This document shows positions 12,346 to 24,471 of a stretch of DNA of 64,000 nucleotides, piece after piece. The notes beneath the pieces were generated by a model. It did no database searches. It was not told the DNA's origin and was given only the letters and a program-made list of their open reading frames with translations. The position numbers were made by a program, and so were the translations under genes. The stretch covers positions 32,984,001-33,048,000 of the forward strand of contig NC_135761.1 of NCBI RefSeq assembly GCF_052425735.1, read 5' to 3'. Source of the DNA: Oculina patagonica. Taxonomy: Eukaryota. Every line of letters starts with the position of its first letter. Position 1 is the first letter of the stretch.

Positions 12346-13948
12346 TGTCCATCCAAAATATCATGGCACTTCTACAGTTCGTCCTTTGTTGCACTCTGAG
12401 TAAAACTCTTCAATGTAAACAGAGTAACACAGGCTAATACACAATGATAACCCATAAAAAAAAAAACCAAGATTTTCTCACAGTAGGTAATCTGTGTGGA
12501 ATTTTTGTGCAGTAGAAAACCTGTTTTAGCATACAATATAATTTATTTCTCTCGATGCAATTGATTATTGCATAGACATAGACATCAAAATGATCTTCCA
12601 TATTTCGGCTCATTGTGCAAATGATCTTCTGAAACAGATATGATGCAATGAGTAAACTTGCTGAATGAAATTGTCCAAGAGAAACATGACATTACCAAAG
12701 GCATAACTATTAACATCACCTTAAACCCGATAAGGAATAGTTTACTCACCAGTTCTCTTTGATTCAGAGATGGCATGCACTGTAAGCAGAGGATGTCACT
12801 AAAGAAAAAATGGCGCGAAAAGGTTTGAAAGGTTAATTAAATAACTGAAGACGCAGTGCGACAGCTTCATGAAGAGCTTAACGTTTACTTATTGACATTA
12901 CAATTTTTACCGAAGTGGGCGCAAATGTAATAGGGTAACAGTTCTCTTAAACCCCATGCAACAGGAAAAATCTTTTTATCCGTACCGCGCGAACACGTTC
13001 AAAGCTCGCAAAACAGTAGGCTGAACCTTACATGCCGGTAAACGTTGTACATACGTACGATACAAGAAAATTAATACTTACACTTTTCAGCAAAAGTATG
13101 ACTGTTATGTCGTTAAAGTGATACTCTCAACATTTGAGCATTATGCAGTTGTCTTATTAAAAAAAACAATAATAATGGACGCCAGTGACAATTATCACGC
13201 GCTGAATTTTCGGAGACTGTCGTTGACTCACTAAGACTGTAAGGCAGATTGTTCTTAATTTGTTTGCAGCAAAAAGTACAATTTTGGGGTGAAAGAATGG
13301 CTTTATAATGTTTATATTTTAAAGAGAAACTTTATCCATCAATAGGGTGACCAAAAAAGCAGTTTGATAGTTAAATTTATCTTGTGTTCAGAGCTGATTC
13401 AGGGCTGAATCTACTACCATCTACGAGAACTGCCTTGCCGTCGTTGCCAAAGAATCGCACACAAGCCCTGTAAATTTCGCACTTTGTTTGCCCCTTTCAC
13501 TTTTGTCTGCGTCCAAATATAAATAACTTGAAGATAAAACAGTTTTCCCGCGAAATAACCGGGATATAACCAGTTCACCAAAGAAAAATAAGCTTACAAC
13601 ATGCTTACAGTAAACATCATTTGATGCCAAAGTCAACAAAAATCACGACCTTTTAATAGTGGCTTCAGAAAAAAACGCATGCTCTGAATGTTCCAGGGTG
13701 AATCGCTTTCAGCTGATAGTGGAGCCCAAACTAACATGAAACGTAACAAAACATAACATGGTAAAGAACCGCTATCACACGATTTCAGTTGTCAATGAGT
13801 TCATCTTCGTCTCCCTCGCTAAACTGTGTCATCGCTGAGCTCACGTCAGTCCAAACTATGATTTGATTGGTCCAGAAAATGGCAGCCGCACTTTTTCGCG
13901 GGTATTAGATGTTGTTTGCTTCAGTCACTGTACAGTGTTCACTAGAAG

Positions 13949-14218
13949 ATGGAGGCTTCCATTGCAATCCAGATTGAAGAAAAAGAAGATGCCTTACCTG
14001 GAAAAAGAATCCGGGCTGTTGGAATGTGTTTTTACAAACACAAAACCGATCTTGTCATTGGACAGAGATACCTGCTGCGCCGCAATCCACACAATCCAAG
14101 AGACTTTTCTTGTATTGAGGTGAAAGAAGGCCGTCACGTAAGAGCAACACTAAACAAAAATACTTCAAAGCTCCTTGCTCCGTATCTGGACGACAACACC
14201 ATTGCGGAACCTTCTTAG
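13949..14218 (+). CDS. HIRAN-like domain exon/ORF, probably a transposon accessory gene
   Basis: AVGMCFY...LLRRNPHNPRDFSCIEV...RATL...LLAPYLD matches the HIRAN pattern; it ends at a GTGAGT donor. Confidence 0.55.
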   Translation: MEASIAIQIEEKEDALPGKRIRAVGMCFYKHKTDLVIGQRYLLRRNPHNPRDFSCIEVKEGRHVRATLNKNTSKLLAPYLDDNTIAEPS

Positions 14219-14524
14219 TGAGTTAGGGTCCTAGCTTGCTGAAATCGTCTTGTTTTTGACAGTTCAGGCTATGAACGTTCCAGACGTTCTTGCAATACTC
14301 TTACTCTTACTACTGGTGTATTTTCATTTTCACCATTGTGAGATTTTAATACAGGATTTATGCTGATTTATGCTCCTTTCAGAAATTTCGGAAATGGAAA
14401 TGGCGGGTCGTTTGTTGTCGCTGTTTTCCGCAGACTAGTCAGAACTAAGATTTTGATATTTTGTTTTGATCTTGACATTTTTCAAATTACTTCGAGCCAG
14501 TTAGTATAAAATCTACAGTTTGTA

Positions 14525-14660
14525 CTCAGCCAGGCGGGTTAAAATACTGTTTTTCCCAGCCAGGTAGGTTGAAATACTCAGTTTCTCCCAGCAAGGCGGT
14601 CCAATACGCTGTCTTTCCCAGCCAGCTTGGCTGACAATGTGTTTCTCTCAGCCAGCTGAG
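14525..14660. repeat. About 35-bp imperfect tandem repeat
   Basis: Repeated cccagccaggcggg..aaatact motifs, four units. Confidence 0.6.
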
Positions 14661-15744
14661 AAGTGCGTGAAGAACAGCTTTTCTGTGGAACACCTCCGTT
14701 TCGTCCTCCTGCATTTTAACCGCTTAAATTTTTTCACGACAAATATAATATTGTTTTAGGTTTTGAAATTTCTCGAGTTTTAATTAGTAGAAAAGAGTAA
14801 ACAGACCTAAAACTTTGTCCGTACACTACTCTTAACCATATATTTTTGGCGGGAAATTAAGCAGCGTTTCTGAAGCTTTCTATAAATATTTTGCCAAGAT
14901 GCTTCTGTTTAAATCACGAAAAAAGCTGTCTGTTATTTTATTTTGCTGGCACTAGACTGGTCAAAGGAAAGAATAAAGAAATGGGCGGCTGAGGCGTTTG
15001 GTGAAGACGTTGCTGAGAAATTTTTAACTGAAGAAGTGACAGGGGAAACGTTAATCAGTGAAAGAATCACCAGTGTGGATGCAATGGAGCACCTTGGACT
15101 GCGTACATTAGGGAAGCAAGAAAGATTTAGGCGTGATGTTCAACAGTTAAAAGATTAGATTTATTTCAAGGTACTTTGTACATATTATAAATAAGCATGT
15201 ATAGTTCTACATCACCCCAAGACAAGACTATGACGATTGTTTTGTGACAATTCCCACGAAAGCATTTCTGCTGAACTTGATAGAAAATTATGTGTCTGTA
15301 CAGCATTTAAAAATAAGAGGACAACATGCTTAAGTTATGCTTGTTTGTTTCTAGTAAGATTAACGATTCTGAAGTGTTTCACAAACCATAGACTTTCATT
15401 TTAATCTTGAAAAGGAGATAAAGAATCCAGTCAAACCACCTCTGCATCTGTTGCTGCAAAAACTCAGCTTAGTAAAAGTGACAGGCTGTTAACTCACCAG
15501 GAGAAAAAGAAGATGACTTGTGAGGACAAACGAAAATACAACACAGAGTAAGACTTTTTACTTAATTTAAAAGCTTGGTGTGGAAAGAGATTGATTTTAA
15601 AGAACAACCTAAGCTGTTGATTGAGAGTAGAGGGAACAAGGAAGAAGGAAATGCAGTGTTTTGAGTTACTGTTATAAGCTACATGCATGTAATCATAATA
15701 TTTATTATAATACATTATTGTAGGTAAACTTTACGATAATTAAA

Positions 15745-15890
15745 AATTATTGGATGAGGCTAAGTATGATATGAAGAATTATGCAGATCTTCGGCGCATA
15801 ACACCCTCCGAGATCTGCATAATTCTTCATATCATACGAAAGCCGAATTCAAAAATTGTTTTATTATTCATTCAAAATATTTCCAAGAGC
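15745..15890. repeat. Palindromic interspersed repeat (intronic)
   Basis: 26-bp perfect stem tatgatatgaagaattatgcagatct / agatctgcataattcttcatatcata. Confidence 0.7.
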
Positions 15891-16307
15891 TCTAAAAACA
15901 CAAAATAAATTAAAATGGCTACTAATTGTCGCCTACAGTGTCCAATTATTCCGGTGTCGCTGTTTTTTTTTTTTGTGTTTCTCTCCTGAAGATAAGCTTT
16001 AATAATCAATTGACTTCCCTTCGAAGCTTGTATGATGTTTTTGCTATCTCTATCATCTAATATTTCGTCGCAATCTTGCCAATAATATTTTTATGGATTT
16101 TTTTGGCAGAAAGAAGATGGTACTTGGAGAAATAAATAAAGAGTGGCCCATTGATGAGGAAATTCCCTCATTCAGACCCTACCAACTTGACCAAGTTGTA
16201 AAACTCAACGAATTTGTCAGACGTTTAAGTGAAGGCAAGGAGGCCACTAAGTATGTATTCCCAGAGTGTGCTTTTGGCGCAGGTGCGATTCGGGAAATGG
16301 TGATGAG

Positions 16308-16418
16308 TGAAAGTTTAATTCTTGAATCAAGGCAACATGGCCGCCATGTTTAGCTACATGTGTACAAGACTCGGTCCAGTCCTCTGCGGCTAGCACAACA
16401 AGAGCGGGTACTATGACA
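16308..16418 (-). repeat. 3' LTR (111 bp, about 16 bp shorter than the 5' LTR)
   Basis: Near-identical to 23940-24066; the adjacent 16419-16429 reads AAGGAGGGGGA on the minus strand (PPT). Confidence 0.92.
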
Positions 16419-16771
16419 TCCCCCTCCTTGAAAACTAATCAAAACTAGGATTACATAATGTGATAAGATAGTAACATAAATAACGCGGCTGTACATAAAG
16501 GTAGACAGTTTCGGTTCAATGCATAATAAATGTCCTGCTAGCCTTATGCAATAATGTCATTTTAACCACAACAACAACAAATAAAGTGCAAACAAGTGCT
16601 CCTAAGCCTACTTAGCCAATTAATGGCTACTAGGATCATTACTGAATGTTACTTCAACAGAACGGAACTAAGTGTCATTTCAACAAAGTGTTCTCAGTCC
16701 TTAAATTTGGCTGGGACCTGCGTCTGCCGCCTGGATCTCATCACTTGGCTTTTTGGCTGGAAGGAAATGTT

Positions 16772-17655
16772 TCAACCTCGAACAACGATGACTTCATCTT
16801 CTGGTTTTGGTTTAGCTGGACTCTCTGAGGTCTTTTCTGTTGAAGTAGGAATGACTGGGTTGGCGTCCTCCATTAGAGTTGCCGGTGCTACCCACACTAG
16901 TTGGTGTTGTAGCTGCTTGTTTGGTAAGTGACTCTTGACCAAGCGCTGCCCCAGAGGTAGGTCTGGGAAATGTAGGCGCTGGATTCTCTTCCAATCTACA
17001 TGTAGGTATGGGTGGTCCCTCGTTGGTACCCTTCGGTCGCAGGTGCTCTCTTGTTCTCTGGAACAGCTTGCCATTCATTTCAACGATATATGTTCTTGGT
17101 TCTCTTTGGGGGTTCGGGCAGTTGAAGATTCTGCCCTGTTCCCAGATGTGCTTTCTTGAGTTCCATACGTACACTGGTTCAGAGCTGCTAAGAACACGCT
17201 TGTCGCAACTGGCTCTCTTATCATAAAATTCTGCCTGCTTGGTTTGCTTCTGGTGGTTGGCTTCTTGGTGACCACCATTGCCAGGATGTTTTGACTGGAG
17301 AGCAAAGTTGCTACTGGTGACTTGGGCTTCCGCCCAAACAATAGCTCATAGGCCGATGGAAGATGGTCGTCAAGAGGGGTTATTCTGTACATCCACAGGG
17401 CTGTTTCGAGGCACTGGTTATTCTCGACTGCTTTCTTCCAAAGGGATTTAGTAGTACCAACGCACCGTTCTGCTACACCGTTGGCTTGGTGGTGGTAAGG
17501 TGAACTGAAGGTTAAGGTGATTACGCTCTCTTTGCATTTCTTCCTGAACATCTCACTGACATACTGGCTTCCAAAATCAGCAGTTAGTGCAGAAGGTAGG
17601 CCATACTCAGCAAATACACTGGTAAAGTGGCTGGAAATAGTGGATGCTGACATAT
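16772..17655 (-). pseudogene. Gypsy integrase, C-terminal part
   Basis: TADFGSQY, SSPYHHQANGVAER, ELLFGR, PRTYIVE..G..FQRTREHLR. Confidence 0.9.
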
Positions 17656-18880
17656 TAGTCCAGGAAAGTTAACGGGATTTGATACTGTAAGGTCAAAATG
17701 CTTGCAACAGAATTATTATTATCAGGGACGTTTTCGTCAAGGACTCTAGATAATCATATTGAAAGTCAACAAAAATCAACCCAGGCGAAATACGAAAAAA
17801 ATAAAAGTTTTTGACCTCTATCATTTTGCCCTTTAGACGCCATGTTTTATGCAAATTAGCCTTATCACAGATGAGTTTTAAAAGGGCAAAAAATGCTTTG
17901 GTTTGCTAATCGAGGATCCTCGCTACGAAATAATACTATCACTATTACAACTTTTATTACTACTACTGTTACAAAGTCTTAAAATCATCTTTTAGCTCTA
18001 CAGGGCACTTACATATAAAAAAAAATTAACAAATATCAATAAATGTTAGCATATGCTTTATAATGTTAGCTCGCTCCAGTTTTGCGTTGAAGCGGACGAT
18101 AGAGTATAAGGCCGACACCGGTTTCCTAGAAGATTAGTAGGAGAGAGTTTACAGATCACGAGCAAGTCCCGCCAGTGCCTTTATCCAAACTTCAGACAAA
18201 ACTATGTATTTCAAGTAATACGTTTTGATAACGCCTGATAAAATTATTAAAGAAGGAAGAAGAAGCTGAATATCACAGTACAACTATCCCAAGGTCCATC
18301 GGCCTCTAACCTATTATGACCTTAGTGCTTGAAAAGCAATTACTCCTAAAGGTGAACCAAAAACACTGACAGACACCTTATGAAAAGTCTCTCCTTTTTT
18401 AAAGTGGCCACGGTTGGTTGGTCAAATGGTACATAAGGGAAACCATCCAGGGAAAGCAATTGTAGTATTCCTGCCTATTATTGACTTAGATCCGTCCAAC
18501 ATGCCCTGTACTTATTCCACCCTATTCTTTCTATATCTTGTGGTGAAAGGCTTGGACTTTCACTACAAATGAGCTATTAAGCAGATATTTATTGTATGTG
18601 GTGTTACGAATTAGTAGTCTAAACACAGAAATGAGCTACTTCGGCTGCATAGGTCAACTTATGGAGAATATGCTAAGAGGTAAGGCACTAGCGAGAGCTC
18701 GCAGGGGTCGTTTTTTTGTTTGACGAAGCGCTTAATATTATTCTTATTGTAGACGTGCTTCAGGTTCGTTGCCCAAATATTTCTATGCCACAAACTGACA
18801 ATTTAGGAGTATATTTTGAGGAAGACCAGCATAGTCAATCAAATGTGGATTTTCGACAGTGGACACGCTGCGGCCCTAGG
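17656..18880 (+). mobile_element. Academ-like DNA transposon: left end plus decayed transposase
   Basis: TAG terminus (TAGTCCAGGAAAG); degenerate VFLPIIDLDPSN, SYFGCIGQLM and MLRGKALARA motifs. Confidence 0.55.
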
Positions 18881-18899
18881 AAGCTGCACTGATAACGTG

Positions 18900-21223
18900 T
18901 CGCCTAGACTACTGATTCAAGTAGTTTATTACACAAAACGAGAGACATAAGACAAGCAGCTGTTTGATGTCAGAATCGATAAAGAGTCAAGGGCTTCATT
19001 AGAGGATGTTGATGCAAGACTTAAGAAAGAGATGGAAAAAGAAAAGAAGTTTGGAAATGCGTGCAGCTGCCCTTAATGGAATAGCAAGTAGGCATTTTCT
19101 ATTCTGTTCTTGGTTTGCCTGTAATGTGAACCCATAACAAATTAGCTGTATTTACATTGCACAAGGAGCATTCAACATCTATTTTGTTGGGGGGAGGGGG
19201 GAAGGGTACGAAGGTTTGAAAAAATTGGGGGCATTCTTGAAAATAATGCAGGGTTTGAGAGGAGTCAAAAAAATTTGAAATTTATATAAATTAAGGAGAA
19301 ATCTTAAAATTTACATTGATTTTATAAACAGAAAGAGAGTGTAACAAAACTTGTATTTTCAGTGTATAATATTGCCCTCCCCTGATGGTAGATAGTAAAA
19401 CCCTCACTTATGTAACATATTTTGTAAATTGCGCTAGAGAGGAGGAACAGTGTCATGGAAAGTGAGGATGAAAGCAGTAGTAGCTCTGGAGAAGGTTCTG
19501 ACACCACCATTGCTAGTGCCTGTCCTAGCAGCAGCAAAGGCAAAAAAGGTGAGAGAAACATTGGAGGTTACTCTTGCAAACAGCTAAAGAAATACCCGAT
19601 TCCCTCTATAGCGCGCGCCTGCAGGGGATCACGGTTTTGCTGTATAGGGCCTAGAAAGAAAATTCAGCCTAGAGCAACCAAGCAGTCAGCAATGGAAATG
19701 CTTGCAAACAAATACAACCAGAAAGCTGAGCTCAAAGAAAAAGAACTTGAGTTAAGGAAGATGGAACTAGAGTTTCAACAGAAGAAGTATGAGGCAGAGG
19801 CTGAAGAAAGGAAGGCTAAGATACATCTTGAGCTGGAGGAAAGGAAGGCCATGTTAGCACTTCTTAAGGACAGGCTTTAGCTTTCATATGTGTGATTTCT
19901 CATTGCTGAGTGCTGAGTTGTCCAGGTTTTCTTCATGCTTGCTAACATACAATCCTTTACAATAATCCAGCAAATGAGAACATACAAGTCTGCTCCATTT
20001 TTGTTTTGAGGAGAATTTAGGTCAAATGAAGTACGGTTAATTTTGGCCCATTTTTAGTAGCATTTCTACTGATAAAAGAATCTCTATTTTTGAAGAAGTT
20101 TGTATTACTTTTACTTGGTATTTATTGTGTAACACATTTTATATGAAAGACAACAAAGAGATCTTTATATTTAAATAGTTAACCTTAAGGAATTAAAGGT
20201 CTTGAAAAGTTGTGATAAATAAATTTGGCCTTAACTGGTATATCCTGTACATGTATACTGACCACATTGCTATTGCATTTTCCACAATTATGTAATTAAC
20301 AACTACCTAGACCTCAAGTCATACAAGATCTAAAGTATCAAGCAAGCAGATTACTGAAGCGATCATGAAGGTCATCAACAATCTAGAAAAGAATCGATCA
20401 TATTATGATTATTTACAGTCGTTGTAAGTCATGTAACTATGATTAACAGTGTATTTTCTGATTGCAATAAATCACCTTGTTAAAAATAAGACTAAGTTCA
20501 GACTCGGTTCTTCCAAAAATTGTCACTAGGTCACACCATCTATTAGGATACGCAAGTCTTCTCAAGAGTATCATGAGTGCTTCCATCCCGGTTGCATTGG
20601 TTCTTTGGCTACAAATATAGTATTCTGGTATTTCCAGCGCATCAAGGAGGCGTGGCATATCATCTTTTTGAAACCTAAAGAACACGAGCAGAAACAACAA
20701 CAACCAATAATGAATTTTTAAAGAAAACGTGCGCGAAAAATAAGTGGCATCAGCTCACATACCTAAACATCCGTTCGCACTGGTCTTCGCTAACATCCTC
20801 GAGGTTAAGTTTCGGGACGTTATCACCACCGGTTTTCAAAGGAAACAAAAAACCAAATAAAAGTAAATCGAGGTCATCTTCATCGCTGCTTGAACTGTCG
20901 TCTGAATCATCGTAAAACATAACGCTCATGATGTCATTTAAATTCCGCCTGTTGAAAAAAGTCGTAGTAAGTTTATACTGTTATTTTTGTTTTAAAAAAC
21001 GCATATTTTAAGCATGAATCCTATAAAAAACCTTCAGGCCAACGTACCTTGCTGCGGCCGCCATTTTCCTTCAGATTACCCAGAATTCCATTTTTGCCGT
21101 CACTTACGAAAACGCCAAGCTAAAAGCCCAAAACCAACTGTACCTCAAACGGCAAACACCTAACCGCAAACCGCAGTTTGTGGTTTGCCGTTCTCGGAAA
21201 AAACCTGGTGCTAAATGTCTCTA
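18900..21223. mobile_element. PIF/Harbinger element remnant: spliced transposase (-) and convergent coiled-coil accessory gene (+)
   Basis: Minus-strand exons about 20929-20762 and 20676-20476 (FRFQKDD, GMEALMILLRRLAYPNRWCDL). Plus-strand C-terminus ELKEKELELRKMELE at about 19650-19880. Terminal TTA|GAGACATTTAG near 21223. Confidence 0.8.
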
Positions 21224-21224
21224 A

Positions 21225-22730
21225 TGTTAGAGTACCTGGACTCGGTGTCAGTGAGTGATCTTGATGCCATAGCAACGATCTTTTCCTTGCCATTGGGGTC
21301 AATTTGTCATACCCAGGCACCTAGTCCCTTCTGGCTAGCATCACACTGTAGGATGGTGGTTCTTGCTGGGTCAGGATCATAGTAAGACAGGACTGGTGCC
21401 GAGCAAAGTTCCTCTTTGATTCTATCAAGTGCAGTTTGGTGGTGTTGCTTCCACCTAAAGTGAACATTCTTCTTTGTTAGCTCACGGAGAGGTTGGGTAA
21501 GCTCTGCAACCTTGGACGAAAAGCGGTTGAGGTAGGTGACCAATCCTAGTAGGAACAGAAGCTCCTTTGTGTTGGATGGTGCAGAGATGTTCCTGAGAGC
21601 TTCTAACTTGTCAGCAGCAGGAAGAATACCGTCTGCTGTCAGCGTGTGGCCAAAGAAATTGACACTTTGTTGTTTGAACTGCAGTTTGTCAGAGTTAAGA
21701 CTCACATTGTTTGCTCTAGTGGCCTCCAGCATGTTGACAAATGCTTGGTCGTGTTCTTCTTCTGTCGAGCCGAAGACTATGATGTTGTCGGCGATTCCTG
21801 TAACATTGGGAATGTTCTTATAAATGTTGTCCAACATCCGCTGGAAAATGTCCTGGGAAACAACTATGCCAAAGGGTAGACGCTTAAACCTATAACGACC
21901 AAAAGGTGTGTTAAAGGTGCACAAGAAACTAGATTCATGGTCAAGTTCGACATGCCAGTAGCCTTTTGTGGTATCGACTACTGAGAAGTAGTTCTTGCCA
22001 TGAAGAGATGGAAGAATCTCATCGATAGTTCTGCTGTAATAATGTTCACGGCGAATGATCTTGTTCAGGTCTTTTGGGTCTAAGCAGAGCCTGACCTTTT
22101 TCTTTCCATCAGATGTCTCTTTAATATTACAGACAATTGAGTTGACCCAGGCTGTGGGCTCTGTTACTTCAGTAATGACGTCATCAGCAATCATCTTGTC
22201 TAGCTCGGCTTTGTACAGGGGCAAGATGTGAACAGGTACTGTACGTGGTGGGTGTACCACTGGTGTCGGATTGTTGACGAGCTTGATGTGGTATTGATCC
22301 CCAGGGAACCGGCCAATTTTGTCAAAACAATCATGGTATTCCTTTAACACAGTGGTTTTGGGGAGACCAACATGTTTAATGGCCTGCTGTGCTGCAGGTG
22401 ACACTGAAGTACTTCAGACTTCTTCGACATGGATAGTGATGATGCCCAGTTCTTGAGCTTGTTGGCAACCGATCATTGAAGGGTGGCCAGGGGCCTCAAC
22501 AATGGTAAAATTTGTGGATATGGAGGTGTTCTTGAAAGTGACTTGAAGGTTGGTGGTACCCAGGTTCTGTATGGGATTTCCCCCATAACCCTTCAGTACA
22601 TTGTTGCATGGTTTGATTTCAACAGGAAGACATAACCTCTGCAAATCGTCTTTTGTAAGGATACAAGTGTCTGCTCCTGTGTCTATCTTCATTTGGATAT
22701 TACGCTTGTCGTTGATCTTGACATTAGTGA
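21225..22730 (-). pseudogene. pol: Gypsy pol: protease, RT and the N-half of RNase H
   Basis: KIDTGADTC, VRLCLDP, RLPFGI, IADNII (catalytic DD mutated to DN), LQCDASQKGLGA, SRSLTDTESRYSN. Confidence 0.92.
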
Positions 22731-22750
22731 AGATCTTGTTAGGGTAACTG

Positions 22751-23724
22751 CTACGACAATTCTACGGAATTCTCGGAGGTAATGGTATCTAAAAATACTG
22801 CGATTGGCTCAGAGTCGCTTCCCTCATCTTCATCACAGCTGTTTACGCTTGAAGAATCATTTGTTTCTTCACTGTCATCATGCAAGTGGATCTCCTGGCC
22901 CTGGTACTCTGGACTTTGTACAATTTCATTGACTTGTTTGAGACGTTTCTTCATGCACACCTTCTGGAAGTGTCCTGTTTTCTTGCAGTACATGCACTTA
23001 GCATGCGTAGCTGGGCATGAAGCGTCACTATCATGTTTGTTTCCACATCTGAAACAACCACTGAATTTAAATTTGAACTTTGGTTTGCTGGCAGATGAGC
23101 TGTAGGGTTTAAAGCCATTGCCTGAATGACCTTCCTTGAACTGCTTGCTGACTTTGAGCCTTCATATGAAGCTGCTTTCTTTTTGCTTCTTACAGAAAAT
23201 AATCCAGTGTTCTCGTCCCCTTGTTTGATTACTTGCATCTGTGCCTTTGTGCTTTCTTCGGTTTTGGCTAGGTCATAGACCTGTTGAAAGGTAAGAGAAT
23301 TACCTTTGGAGATGGCATCTTTTCTGACCTTGTCTGATTTCAGACCAAAAATCAATGTGTCACGAAGGGTTTCATCTTTGAATGCAGGATCATATCCACT
23401 GTCGATTAGTGTTCGAGTGTTGAGACAACTTAACTGGTATCTAGATAGTATTTGGATGCTCTGTGGCTTTGTGTATGCCTCGAACTTCTCGAATATTGGC
23501 TTAAGCTTGAATTTGTCCGCTTCATCTTCCAACCTTGCTGCATTGTAGATCTCTAATCCTTTGTCGCCGGCCCACAGTAAGAGCAACCTTGCCTTTTGAC
23601 CTTCTGGTTTGTTTGAAAGAGTACCATCGAAAATAAGGCTGCATTTCTACATAAAGAGCTTATATCGCTTGTGGATATCTCCAGGTGTCGACCAATCCAT
23701 TGAAGGAACCGTGAATTTTTCCAT
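22751..23724 (-). pseudogene. gag: Gypsy gag with zinc knuckles
   Basis: MEKFTVPSMDW start, LRDTLIFG, CFRCGNKH...CPA...CMYCKKTGHFQKVC; stops and frameshifts. Confidence 0.85.
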
Positions 23725-23921
23725 GACTGTTGTTTAAGAAGAGATACACCATCAGTGTTTGAACGTGAATCGACTTGAAAATTGAAACTTGAAAATGGCA
23801 GTAAATCGAGTCGAGCGGATCGAACGTTAAAACTTGAAATATTTGAAGAAGTGATGTGAAAGGTTTGGTTGTTTTCACTTAAAGAGTTCCATATGCATTT
23901 GTAGCTTGAATTTTCGAAAAG

Positions 23922-23939
23922 ATCCCACTTCTGACACCA
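23922..23939 (-). promoter_or_regulatory. Primer-binding site, tRNA-Leu type
   Basis: TGGTGTCAGAAGTGGGAT immediately inside the 5' LTR; complementary to the 3' end of tRNA-Leu(CAA). Confidence 0.85.
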
Positions 23940-24066
23940 TGAAATAGTACATATTCGAAGGTTTAATTCTTGAATCAAGGCAACATGGCCGCCATGTTTA
24001 GCTTCATGTGTACAAGACTCGGTACAGTCCTCTGCGGCTAGTACAACAAGAGCGGGTACTATGACA
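23940..24066 (-). repeat. 5' LTR (127 bp)
   Basis: Near-identical to 16308-16418 and flanked by the TSD ATGAG. Confidence 0.92.
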
Positions 24067-24292
24067 ATGAGTCATATGAGAGAGCAAAGAAGAAAGGCGA
24101 AAGATACTGAGTTTCAAAAGGGGGCAACTTTTTCAGACACAAGTGCAACCAGTGGTGACACTGAAAGCGTCTACGAGTCAAGCGGTAGCTCCAGTTCTTC
24201 CCCACCATCATCTCAGTTCCACAAGAAAAAGATTTATGCAGAATACTTTCATCCAAGTAAGTATCAAGTTTCAGATTACTTGTCTTATCTAT

Positions 24293-24471
24293 ATAGAGCG
24301 TTTTCACATGACGTCATGGCGGCCATATTGGTGTTCCAAAACAATGAAACGGCGGCCATGTTGGTGTACCAAGCCAATCGTGTGGGATTTGAAATCTTTT
24401 CTTATGTAAACACTTCCTTTCGTTCCAATAAATTTGCATAGATGTCGGCCACGTGAGTGAAAACGCTCTAT
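24293..24471. mobile_element. MITE (Harbinger-like), intronic
   Basis: TIR ATAGAGCGTTTTCAC ... GTGAAAACGCTCTAT. Confidence 0.85.

Larger units (their letters stand above)
16308..24066 (-). mobile_element. Gypsy (Mag/K02A2.6-like) LTR retrotransposon, inactive
   Basis: TG...CA LTRs at 16308-16418 and 23940-24066; TSD ATGAG (16303-16307, 24067-24071); PBS, PPT and gag-PR-RT-RH-INT order. Confidence 0.95.
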
